A DNA stretch of 64,000 nt from NCBI GenBank assembly GCA_947478845.1, contig CANJXC010000003.1:246004-310003 (forward strand), written 5' to 3'. Numbering within the stretch: position 1 is the stretch's first letter; each line of letters opens with the position of its first letter. The position numbers and the translations under genes were made by a program. The stretch comes from Spirochaetales bacterium. Its GTDB lineage: Bacteria; Spirochaetota; Spirochaetia; JABEVK01. The notes under the pieces were generated by a model. That model had not been told where the DNA came from, did no database searches, and worked only from the letters and a program-made list of their open reading frames with translations. This document shows, piece after piece, positions 55,987-64,000 of this stretch.

Positions 55987-57657
55987 ATGCCCTATACTGC
56001 TGGACTCCGCAGGGTGGTCCTGCTCTGTTTCTTAGCTGTTGCCGCCCCGAGTTTCTGCCAAAGTGAGGCACCCGTGAACGTCGACCCGAGAATCTGGATT
56101 GACCAGCTGGGATACCGGCCCCAAGATCTCAAGTTGGCCCGTTTCACAGGTCAGGAAACCCCCTTTGCTTTGGTAAACGAGTCCGGGAAAGCCGTATTCA
56201 GCGGGACGAGTACGGTTGCGGTTTTTGACCCGCTGAGCGGCGAGTCCTTGCGGACTTTCGATTTTTCCGGCTTCACCCAAGCAGGTGTCTATCACCTTGC
56301 GATTCCTACGGGGGGACGCTCACCGGATTTCATCATCGCCGACGATGTTTACCAGAAACTTACTTTGGCTTCCTTGCAGATGTTGACCTACCAGCGTTGT
56401 GGCACTGAGTCGGGGTCAAACCTCGACTCAGATTTTTACCATGCGGCGTGTCACCTTGGTAAAGCCGAGATCTGGGGCACCTCCAAGACCCTGAAAGCCG
56501 AAGGGGGCTGGCACGACGCCGGCGATTACGGAAAGTACGTGGTTCCTGGCGCCATCGCCGTAGGGCATCTGCTGTTTGCTTGGGATCTGGGAGCGAAGGT
56601 TCCCGGCCTCTTGGAGGAGGCGCGCTTTGAACTGGAATGGTTGCTGCGCATGCAGGATGCGGGTTCCGGGGGCGTGTACCATAAGTTGACCAGCCGGAGC
56701 TTTCCCGGTATGGACGTCTCTCCAGACTACGACCTGACGACCATGGTGGTTTCGCCCATTTCGTATACAGCAACAGCCGACTTTGGCGCTGTGATGGCCA
56801 TGGCCTTCCGAATCTGGAAGACCACCGATCCGTCGTTTGCCAAAAAATGCTTGGCCGCTGCGCGAAAGGCCCAGGGGTGGATCTCGTCCCATCCGTTCAT
56901 CCCGTTCACCAACCCTGCTGGAATCACCACCGGGGAATACGGCGATTCGGTGGGGCGCGACGAGGCACTTTGGCTTTCGGTGGAGATGCTGCGTGCTACC
57001 GGTGAAAAGGCCTTCGCCACCGCCGTAAAAAAGGCGGTCGACAGCTTTGGGCTCCGCGCCGACAGTTTCGGATGGGCCGACACCGGCATGTTCAGTGTGG
57101 CCGGGGTTCTGGCCTCTGACGAAAGGCTGATCGACGCGTCGGTCCGCCAGCAAGCCGAGTCGGTGTTGAGTGCACGGGCGGGGCAGTTGTTGTCGATCGC
57201 CAAGGCGTCGCCGAGTGGCACCATGCTCCGAGCCAGCGATTTTCACTGGGGAAGCAACATGACGGTACTCGACCAAGCGATGATTCTGATCACCGCCTCC
57301 AAGTGGAAGCTCATTTCCGATGTGGCTCCTGTTTTGGAGAACCTGCATTACCTGCTCGGTAGTAACCCGATGGGTGTTTCCTACGTCACAGGCTTTGGGT
57401 CCAATCCTGTGAAGAATCCCCACCACCGACCGTCCATCGCCGCCGGGGTCTTCCGCCCCATAGCGGGCATGTTGTCGGGTGGCCCCAACGCCGACTTGCA
57501 GGATTCTCTGGCAAAGAACAGTCTGGTGGGGCAGCCTCCGGCGAAAGCGTTTTTGGACGATTCGGGAAGCTACTCCACCAACGAAGTTGCCGTTTACTGG
57601 AACACTCCATTAGTTTTCGTTCTTGCCGTGTTGGGCCGACCGGACGGGCGGCTCTAG
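55987..57657 (+). CDS. GH9 glycoside hydrolase with N-terminal Ig-like domain
   Basis: Signal peptide; DQLGY, GGWHDAGDYGKY, SYVTGFG, PHHR, GGPN, YSTNEVAVYWN. Confidence 0.92.
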   Translation: MPYTAGLRRVVLLCFLAVAAPSFCQSEAPVNVDPRIWIDQLGYRPQDLKLARFTGQETPFALVNESGKAVFSGTSTVAVFDPLSGESLRTFDFSGFTQAGVYHLAIPTGGRSPDFIIADDVYQKLTLASLQMLTYQRCGTESGSNLDSDFYHAACHLGKAEIWGTSKTLKAEGGWHDAGDYGKYVVPGAIAVGHLLFAWDLGAKVPGLLEEARFELEWLLRMQDAGSGGVYHKLTSRSFPGMDVSPDYDLTTMVVSPISYTATADFGAVMAMAFRIWKTTDPSFAKKCLAAARKAQGWISSHPFIPFTNPAGITTGEYGDSVGRDEALWLSVEMLRATGEKAFATAVKKAVDSFGLRADSFGWADTGMFSVAGVLASDERLIDASVRQQAESVLSARAGQLLSIAKASPSGTMLRASDFHWGSNMTVLDQAMILITASKWKLISDVAPVLENLHYLLGSNPMGVSYVTGFGSNPVKNPHHRPSIAAGVFRPIAGMLSGGPNADLQDSLAKNSLVGQPPAKAFLDDSGSYSTNEVAVYWNTPLVFVLAVLGRPDGRL

Positions 57658-57695
57658 AGTCCCTAGGTTGACCCGAGATTCCAAGGAGAACTGCG

Positions 57696-58808
57696 ATGTT
57701 TGATGAAAAGCTCACCCTTGCGCGCGCGCTCGCGAAAGTGACTAAGACTGCCGAAAGGGTTCGAGATCGTATTCCCTACCGTACCGTCGACGGAGTGTTT
57801 GACGACTGGTCCGACACCGACATCAGTTGGTGGACAAACGGTTTCTGGCCCGGGCTGCTGTGGCTCACCTGGCGCGAAACAGGCGACCGAAATCTTGCCA
57901 CTTGGGCGGAAGGCGTCGAAGGCAGGCTCGACCAGGCGCTGATCGAGCACGTAGGGCTTCACCACGACGTGGGGTTCATGTGGTACATCTCTTCTGGTGC
58001 TCGGTACCGGTTGATCGGAGGCGAATCGGCCCGCACGCGCACCCTCCACGCGGCCAATGTGCTGGCCGGTCGCTTCAATTTGGCAGGCCGATTTATACGC
58101 GCGTGGAACGACGACAAAACCGGTTGGGCCATTATCGACTGCCTGATGAACCTGCCACTTCTTTATTGGGCGACCATCGAGACGGGCGACCCACGCTTCC
58201 GGCAAATTGCCGAGGCCCACACGGCTACGGTACTTCAACACTTCCTCTACCCTGACGGATCTTCGCGCCACATTGTCGAGTTCGACGCTTCCACCGGCGC
58301 TTACCTACGGACCCACGCCGGTCAAGGCTACAGTGACACTTCGGCTTGGAGCCGGGGATGCGCTTGGGCGTTGCATGGGCTGGCCCTCGGGGCCCAATAC
58401 ACGGGAAGAGCCGATTTCTTAGCCGGAGCCGAAAAGGTGGCGGGTTACTTTCTTGCCAACCTCCCGGGTGACAAAGTGCCAGTTGCGGATTTCAAAGCCC
58501 CGCAGGACCGAGCCAACCACAAGGACTCCAGCGCCGCCGCCTGCGCGGCCAGTGGCCTGCTCTTGCTGGCCACCCTTGTTCCAGAACGAAGTCGTCAAGC
58601 TCTGTTGACCGGCGCCAAGGACATTGTGGCTAGCCTAGCCGAAAACTACGCCGACTGGGACGGCACAGAGGCCTTGCTCTCGCACGGGTGCGCCTCCTAC
58701 GACAATTACCGACCGGGTTGGGAAGACACCTCGCTCATCTACGGTGACTATTACTTCCTCGAGGCGCTTACAAGGCTGAACGGCAAGCCTGGGTTGTTTT
58801 CGTTGTAG
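57696..58808 (+). CDS. GH88 unsaturated glucuronyl hydrolase family protein
   Basis: WTNGFWPG, HDVGF, IIDCLMN, QGY...WSRG, DSSA, YGDYYFLEAL. Confidence 0.9.
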   Translation: MFDEKLTLARALAKVTKTAERVRDRIPYRTVDGVFDDWSDTDISWWTNGFWPGLLWLTWRETGDRNLATWAEGVEGRLDQALIEHVGLHHDVGFMWYISSGARYRLIGGESARTRTLHAANVLAGRFNLAGRFIRAWNDDKTGWAIIDCLMNLPLLYWATIETGDPRFRQIAEAHTATVLQHFLYPDGSSRHIVEFDASTGAYLRTHAGQGYSDTSAWSRGCAWALHGLALGAQYTGRADFLAGAEKVAGYFLANLPGDKVPVADFKAPQDRANHKDSSAAACAASGLLLLATLVPERSRQALLTGAKDIVASLAENYADWDGTEALLSHGCASYDNYRPGWEDTSLIYGDYYFLEALTRLNGKPGLFSL

Positions 58809-58841
58809 TCCCCACTTGTAGCCGCCAAGACCACCGTCGCT
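58794..58841 (-). pseudogene. Remnant of an ogt/ada 3' end
   Basis: Minus strand reads SDGGLGGYKWGLQRKQ versus GDGGLGGYKWGLERKE in the intact ogt near 27060-27110. Confidence 0.7.
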
Positions 58842-58865
58842 GTATTCTAATCGCGAGGTACACTG

Positions 58866-59282
58866 ATGCAATCCATTCATGAACTAAGCGAAGCCGAGGC
58901 CACCGCCGCCGTCCAAACCATCCGCGACGAACTAGTTAGGCGGAAGAAGGTCGCCGTCATCGCCGTGGGTGATTCCCACGGCGAACTCATCACGCTGCTA
59001 CGGATGGATGGCGCTCCCCTGCCGTCGCTTGAAGTGGCCACCCGCAAGGTCCTTACCGCTGCCCGGGAACAAAAAGAGACTGGCGAACTCGGCGAAGGCT
59101 TCCTGAAGAACGGCTGGCAGATGGCCAATACAGACCCACGCTTCACGGGTTGGAATGGCGGCGCACCGGTGATCTTCCAAGGTCGGGTTGTAGGCGCCGT
59201 GGCGGTAAGCGGGTTGTCACAGGAAGAAGATATCGAACTTGCCCGGCTCGGGGTGGCAAGAATCCTTCGCTCGCCGAAATAG
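58866..59282 (+). CDS. Heme-binding GlcG/HbpS-family protein
   Basis: IAVGDSHG, RMDGA, ATRKVLTA, GGAPV, GAVAVSG...EDIELA. Confidence 0.88.
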   Translation: MQSIHELSEAEATAAVQTIRDELVRRKKVAVIAVGDSHGELITLLRMDGAPLPSLEVATRKVLTAAREQKETGELGEGFLKNGWQMANTDPRFTGWNGGAPVIFQGRVVGAVAVSGLSQEEDIELARLGVARILRSPK

Positions 59283-59306
59283 TCGCTGGTGGATTCCCGA
59301 GTACCC

Positions 59307-59882
59307 TCAGCGGTCCGGCAGACGCGGCGCGAAAGAGGTCGACCTCGATTCCTCGAGCATCTCCCTCATCCGCTTGAGTCCCAACCTGCGGGCATTGCGG
59401 ATGTTGGTCTCGGGAATTTCCTCTATGTCACCGTTGTAGGAATCGATGGCTTCGGTAAGGGCGTCTTCGCGCAACAGGTGAAGAATTGGGTAGGGCGAAC
59501 GGTTGGTATAATTTGCGGGGTCCTCAGTCTCGGTGCCCTCGAAAACATAGTCGGGGTGAAAACTCGCCACCTGGTAGATCCCCTCATAGCCTTCTCCGGC
59601 GAGCTTGTGCTCGACCAAATCGACCAAATCAAGGTAATCAAGAAACTTTCCAAAGCCCATCGGTACGAGAAACAGGGTGGTCTCAATGCTGTCGTTCGCA
59701 TCGAGAAGTCGGCATTCCTTCAGAAACTCGTCCACGACCCCGGGGGTATCGGTGGCGGTTGCAACCGCATAGCGTAGCCTTTCGTCGTAAAAGACCGACT
59801 TGGCAAACGGGCAGAAGTTCCACCCCACAACAACGTCTTGCACCCATTTTCTGGTGTGGGCTACGACGAGTTCAGGCCTCAT
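59307..59882 (-). CDS. DUF1415 family protein
   Basis: VVGWNFCPFA, QVASFHPDY, NYTNRSPYPILHLLRE, IPETN. Confidence 0.88.
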   Translation of the reverse strand: MRPELVVAHTRKWVQDVVVGWNFCPFAKSVFYDERLRYAVATATDTPGVVDEFLKECRLLDANDSIETTLFLVPMGFGKFLDYLDLVDLVEHKLAGEGYEGIYQVASFHPDYVFEGTETEDPANYTNRSPYPILHLLREDALTEAIDSYNGDIEEIPETNIRNARRLGLKRMREMLEESRSTSFAPRLPDR

Positions 59883-62139
59883 GGAGTTGAATGTAGTTGC
59901 CTGTCAGCGAACCCTTGACCCCAGCAAGGTCACGTGGTGTTCCCTCGAAAACCACCTTACCCCCCTTGGTGCCACCCTCGGGTCCCAAATCTATGATCCA
60001 GTCGGCATTGCGGATGACATCGAGGTTGTGCTCGATAACCACGACGGTGTTTCCGGTGTCTACCATGCGGTTGATGATGTCGAGCAGGTGGGTGATATCC
60101 GACATGTGCAGGCCGGTGGTCGGCTCGTCCATTACGTAGAGGCTTCCCTTCTTGTGCAACTCGCCGGCGATTTTGATACGTTGGCACTCTCCGCCCGAGA
60201 GCGTGCTCAAGGGCTGACCGAGGGTCATGTACCCCAACCCCACCTCGCTGAGCGCCTTCAAAATGGGCAGCACCTCTTTAATCTGGAAGAACTCTAGGGC
60301 CTGGTTGACGTTCATTTCCAGCACGTCGGAAATTGACTTTCCAGCGAGGTGGTAGGCAAGAACCTCGTCCTTGAAACGCTTTCCGCCACAGATTTCGCAA
60401 GGCACTTTCACCTCGTCAAGGAAGGCCAGGTCGGTGTAGATCACCCCCAGCCCTTGGCAGGCCTCGCAGGCGCCCTTCGAGTTGTAACTGAACAGGGCCG
60501 GTTGCACACCGTTGGCCTTGGCGAATGCCTTGCGTACGTCGTCCATGATGCCGGTATACGTGGCCGGGTTCGACCGGCTATTGGCGCCAACCGCCGACTG
60601 ATCGATGACGATGGCACCGGGGTGCTGTTTCAGAAAGGCACGGTGGATGAGCGAACTCTTGCCCGAGCCAGCAACTCCCGTGATCACGGTGAGCACACCG
60701 GCTGGTATGTCTACCGAGATGTTTTGCAGGTTGTTGTCGCGGGCATTCACAATGGAGAGTTTGCCTTTGGACGCCCGAAACCCTGTTTTGATGGGGAGCT
60801 GCTGCTTCATGGCACGCCCCGTGAGGGTGTCGGCCTTTAACAATTCGGCGTAGGTGCCTTCGAAGACGATGTGGCCTCCGTTGCGGCCGGCGTGGGGGCC
60901 CACGTCTACGATGTGGTCGGCGCCCTCGATCACAGCAGGGTCATGTTCGACCACTAGTACGGTGTTGCCCTTGTCACGGAGTTTCACCAACAATTCGTTG
61001 AGACGGTGCACGTCGCGAGGATGAAGTCCGACGCTGGGTTCATCAAAAACGTAGAGCAAGTCCATCAAGCTGGAACTTAGGTGTTTCACCATCTTGATTC
61101 GTGCTGACTCTCCTCCCGAAAGGCTGTCGGTCTCACGATTCAGGCTGAGGTACTCGAGGCCGATGTCGACCAGGTGGCCCAGTCGTTGGCTCAGAGTTTT
61201 CACAATCGGTGCGGCCTCGAGGCCTACAGAGTTTTCCAAGCCCCGTACCACGGGGAGTAGGTCGTCAATTTCCATGGCAGAGAGCTCAGCGATGTTGAAG
61301 CCGCCCACCTTGACGGAGAGGGATTTCTGACTGAGCCGAGTACCTTTGCAGGTGTCGCAGGGGCCGAGCGTCAGGTAGGGTTCGATCTGCTTCTGGGTGC
61401 GCTCGGAGTAGGTCTTGAGGTCGCGCTTAATGTATTTATTGACGAACTTAACGATGATGCCTTCGAGCGTGAAGTTCACCGACTTTCCGTTGACGGGGAT
61501 GGCTATCTTGCTTGGCTCGGCGTGAAGCAGTTGATGCATCTGGGCATCGGTGTAGGCACTGAGTTTCTTGTTTAAATCGTACTTGCCCGATGTGGCCAGG
61601 ATATTGTACGCCCATCCATCGACAGCGTATTCCTCAAATTGAATCGCGCCCTCGCTCAACGACTTCGACAGGTCAAGAAACAGTTCGAGGTTGACGCCTA
61701 CACGCTTGCCCATGCCGTGGCAATCGGGGCACATCCCTGCCTGATCGTCAAAAGAAAACAGGTTCGCGGGGCCGATGGAGGGCTGCCCAAGGCGCGAAAA
61801 CATCAGGCGCAGAACGCCAGAAATGTCGGTCACGGTTCCCACCGTGGAGTGCGAGCCACCTCCGAGGCGTTTTTGGTCGACCACCACCGACATCCCGAGG
61901 TTTTCGATGGCGTCAGCGTTCGGTTGGGGGTACTTTGGCAGGAATCCGCGGATGAAGGTACTGAAGTTCTCGTTGAGTTGGCGTTGGGCCTCGGTGGCAA
62001 TGGTATCGAACACAATCGACGACTTGCCCGAGCCCGAAACTCCCGTGAAGACGGTGATCTTGCGCTTGGGAATCCGGAGCGAAACGTTTTTCAGGTTGTT
62101 TTCGCGGGCTCCGCGGATCTCGATGTATTCTTGCGGCAT
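59872..62139 (-). CDS. UvrA-like protein (class II / DrrC-type)
   Basis: Two ABC cassettes (GVSGSGKSS, GVAGSGKSS, LSGGE) with Zn fingers; at about 755 aa it is shorter than canonical UvrA; AAGGAG RBS before ATG at 62139. Confidence 0.9.
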   Translation of the reverse strand: MPQEYIEIRGARENNLKNVSLRIPKRKITVFTGVSGSGKSSIVFDTIATEAQRQLNENFSTFIRGFLPKYPQPNADAIENLGMSVVVDQKRLGGGSHSTVGTVTDISGVLRLMFSRLGQPSIGPANLFSFDDQAGMCPDCHGMGKRVGVNLELFLDLSKSLSEGAIQFEEYAVDGWAYNILATSGKYDLNKKLSAYTDAQMHQLLHAEPSKIAIPVNGKSVNFTLEGIIVKFVNKYIKRDLKTYSERTQKQIEPYLTLGPCDTCKGTRLSQKSLSVKVGGFNIAELSAMEIDDLLPVVRGLENSVGLEAAPIVKTLSQRLGHLVDIGLEYLSLNRETDSLSGGESARIKMVKHLSSSLMDLLYVFDEPSVGLHPRDVHRLNELLVKLRDKGNTVLVVEHDPAVIEGADHIVDVGPHAGRNGGHIVFEGTYAELLKADTLTGRAMKQQLPIKTGFRASKGKLSIVNARDNNLQNISVDIPAGVLTVITGVAGSGKSSLIHRAFLKQHPGAIVIDQSAVGANSRSNPATYTGIMDDVRKAFAKANGVQPALFSYNSKGACEACQGLGVIYTDLAFLDEVKVPCEICGGKRFKDEVLAYHLAGKSISDVLEMNVNQALEFFQIKEVLPILKALSEVGLGYMTLGQPLSTLSGGECQRIKIAGELHKKGSLYVMDEPTTGLHMSDITHLLDIINRMVDTGNTVVVIEHNLDVIRNADWIIDLGPEGGTKGGKVVFEGTPRDLAGVKGSLTGNYIQLHEA

Positions 62140-62264
62140 TGGCACTCCTTAAAACTGACACCGATCCGCCGACTAGGTTGTGCCTGGCCCCGCAGGATCG
62201 CTCTTGCTCTTATCACAGTTTCGACCAGTAGGCAACTTATCGGGCGTTCCTCAAGACGCCCTCC

Positions 62265-62295
62265 TTGACAAGCAAATGGTTCAACCATATGGTTG
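62265..62295 (+). promoter_or_regulatory. tetR promoter with palindromic operator
   Basis: TTGACA(62265)-17 bp-TATGGT; CAACCATATGGTTG at 62282-62295. Confidence 0.75.
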
Positions 62296-62300
62296 TATTC

Positions 62301-62912
62301 ATGAAGGGAAAGGTGCTCGAGGAGTCCACTGCACTCAAGATCAAGGATGCCGCCCGCGAGGTCTTTGTGGCCAAGGGGTATGATGGCGCCACCATGCAGG
62401 CCATTGCCGACAAGGCAGGCTTCAACAAGGCCCAACTGCACTACTATTACCGTAGCAAAGACTCGCTGTTCCTTTTGATTTTCCGCGAGCAGATGCAGGC
62501 CCTGCTGCACCCCGCCGATAGCCTAGGATCCACCGCCGGTCAGTCGCTACGCGACGTGCTTAAGGTTTGGATCGATGACCGTGCCGACTTCCTACGGAAG
62601 TTCCCGCACATGCCATTGTTTCTCCTCAATGAGGTGCACCGCAACCCGGCTCTCATCCGCGCTCTGTTGCAGGAAATGCGTGTGCTCGCCATTCCGGCGC
62701 GGTTGCTAGACCTATCACGCGAGCCGCAAGCTTCGGAGGTCGGTCAGCACCTCGAGGTTTTGCTGGCCGGTATTTTGTCGCTTTTGGTTTTCCCGGTGCT
62801 CGGCGCGCCCATCCTCCAGATTCTCCTTGATGTTCAGCCCGAGCGCTGGGACGACATGGTGAAACGGCAGGTGGGTTTGGCCAAGAACCTGGTCGACACA
62901 GTACTCAAGTAA
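62301..62912 (+). CDS. TetR/AcrR-family regulator
   Basis: AAREVFVAKGYDGATMQAIADKAGFNKAQLHYYYRSKDSLF. Confidence 0.93.
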   Translation: MKGKVLEESTALKIKDAAREVFVAKGYDGATMQAIADKAGFNKAQLHYYYRSKDSLFLLIFREQMQALLHPADSLGSTAGQSLRDVLKVWIDDRADFLRKFPHMPLFLLNEVHRNPALIRALLQEMRVLAIPARLLDLSREPQASEVGQHLEVLLAGILSLLVFPVLGAPILQILLDVQPERWDDMVKRQVGLAKNLVDTVLK

Positions 62913-62934
62913 TGGAGTTTTTTTGCCTTCAAAG

Positions 62935-62948
62935 CAACCAAGTGGTTG
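62935..62948. promoter_or_regulatory. Second TetR operator copy
   Basis: CAACCA-AG-TGGTTG upstream of the MMPL gene. Confidence 0.7.
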
Positions 62949-62972
62949 AACTAAATGATTGAGGAGTTGACA

Positions 62973-64000
62973 ATGAACAGGCTATGGAAGGCCCTTCTCG
63001 ACAAGAGCTGGTGGGTGATCGGGTTTTTTGCGGTGGTGACCGTTGTGATGGCACTGGGGGCCACGCGTATTGTGCAGGATGCCTCGGCCGACGCACTGAA
63101 CCCCGACAACAACCCCATTGTGGCGCTCAACGACCAAATCAGTACAGAGTTCAACTCTGGTCGCGCCGAAGTCTTCGTGCTGAGGGCCCCGGAGGTGTTC
63201 ACGCCAGGGCACCTTACCGAAGTGAAGGCACTGACGACCGACCTTGAAGCCGTCGAGGGAGTCAAAAAGGTAACGTCGTTGTCGAACACCAAGAAATTGG
63301 TGGAGAGCGACGGGATGTTGGTGACCAGCGACATGATTGAGGCTGACAATCCGCCTCCTGCCGAGATCGCCGCGTTGCGCCAGTACCTCGACACCAACTA
63401 CGCCACGAAATCAGGCATGCTAGCGGCCCACGACGGCAGTTCCACCAACGTCGTGGTTGAGTTTGATGACAACGTCGACCTGCCGACCATCGCCGCTGCG
63501 ATGGAGGAGGCCGTCAAGCAGCACTGGACGGGAACCTACGATCTCACGGGGCTCCCATCGATGGAATCTTACATGTTGAACGCCATGCACATCGACATGC
63601 CCACCCTCGGCGGAACGGCGTTGTTGGTCATCCTGATGATGTTTTTGCTCAACTACCGCTCGCCTTTGGGCGTCGTTTTGCCGCTGCTGCAGGTGCTGGT
63701 CGGTCTCATTTGGGGCGCCGGTCTGTACGGCTGGCTCGGCCTCAAGTTTTGGGCCCTGACTATCATCGCCCCCGTCGCCGTGCTGGCTGTAGGCAGTTCG
63801 TTCACGCTCCACTTGCTGGGGCGCTACTTCCTGGAACTGTCTCAGGGCTCCGAAAAACAGCAGGCCATCCTCCGCGTGCTGGTCAAGACCGGTCTGGGTG
63901 TGTTTGTGTCGGGCCTGGCCATCACGGCCTCGATGCTTACGTTTCTGCTGTCGGACCTCGCCATGGTGCGCGGCATTGGCGTGTTGTCGGCGGCCGGTGT
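62973..64000 (+). CDS. MMPL/RND-family transporter, 3'-truncated by window edge
   Basis: GAGGAG RBS; MNRLWKALLDKSWWVIGFF, periplasmic loop, LTGLP, then TM helices; the frame runs to the window end and is absent from the ORF track. Confidence 0.85.
   Translation, partial: MNRLWKALLDKSWWVIGFFAVVTVVMALGATRIVQDASADALNPDNNPIVALNDQISTEFNSGRAEVFVLRAPEVFTPGHLTEVKALTTDLEAVEGVKKVTSLSNTKKLVESDGMLVTSDMIEADNPPPAEIAALRQYLDTNYATKSGMLAAHDGSSTNVVVEFDDNVDLPTIAAAMEEAVKQHWTGTYDLTGLPSMESYMLNAMHIDMPTLGGTALLVILMMFLLNYRSPLGVVLPLLQVLVGLIWGAGLYGWLGLKFWALTIIAPVAVLAVGSSFTLHLLGRYFLELSQGSEKQQAILRVLVKTGLGVFVSGLAITASMLTFLLSDLAMVRGIGVLSAAG

Noticed and set aside
58635-58880. 81-aa minus-strand ORF as a functional methyltransferase
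   Set aside because: It lacks the PCHR active site, and only 16 codons are Ogt-like, so it is treated as a remnant.
1-64000. CRISPR array, tRNA/rRNA genes, integrase, transposase, reverse transcriptase
   Set aside because: I saw no regularly spaced repeat-spacer series, no RNA-gene signatures and no ORF with such motifs. Small ncRNAs cannot be excluded by eye.

Overview
A gene-dense, GC-rich bacterial chromosomal segment with about 65 CDS. I saw no rRNA, tRNA, CRISPR array, integrase or transposase. Spirochaete-style lipoproteins suggest a free-living Spirochaetota host, but that is inference only. Main blocks: (1) an AKR converging with a U32/HIT-like/galactokinase operon; (2) an OmpR-type two-component system upstream of a 619-aa orphan lipoprotein; (3) a GntR-controlled ureide operon encoding a permease, an allophanate-hydrolase-C-like protein, a triuret-hydrolase-type cysteine hydrolase, DUF2877/FdrA/DUF1116 (AllHFG-like) and carbamate kinase; (4) mixed accessory genes, including acr3 with an in-frame TGA, arsC, a CrtD-like desaturase and an FGE-domain lipoprotein; (5) a membrane-anchored AraC, then a higBA cassette bracketed by a perfect 48-bp direct repeat, then an ABC/LolA-like/beta-barrel/multicopper-oxidase cluster; (6) a DTE xanthorhodopsin-like rhodopsin divergent from a CarH/LitR-like MerR-B12 regulator; (7) a LacI regulon with ALDH, SDR, a sugar ABC transporter, GH9 and GH88; (8) a UvrA-like gene, TetR and a truncated MMPL gene. 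The best candidate for an undescribed system is block 3: triuret/biuret catabolism that appears to replace hydrolytic BiuH/AtzF with an ATP-yielding carbamoyltransferase plus carbamate kinase. All family calls come from motif recognition; no database searches were run.
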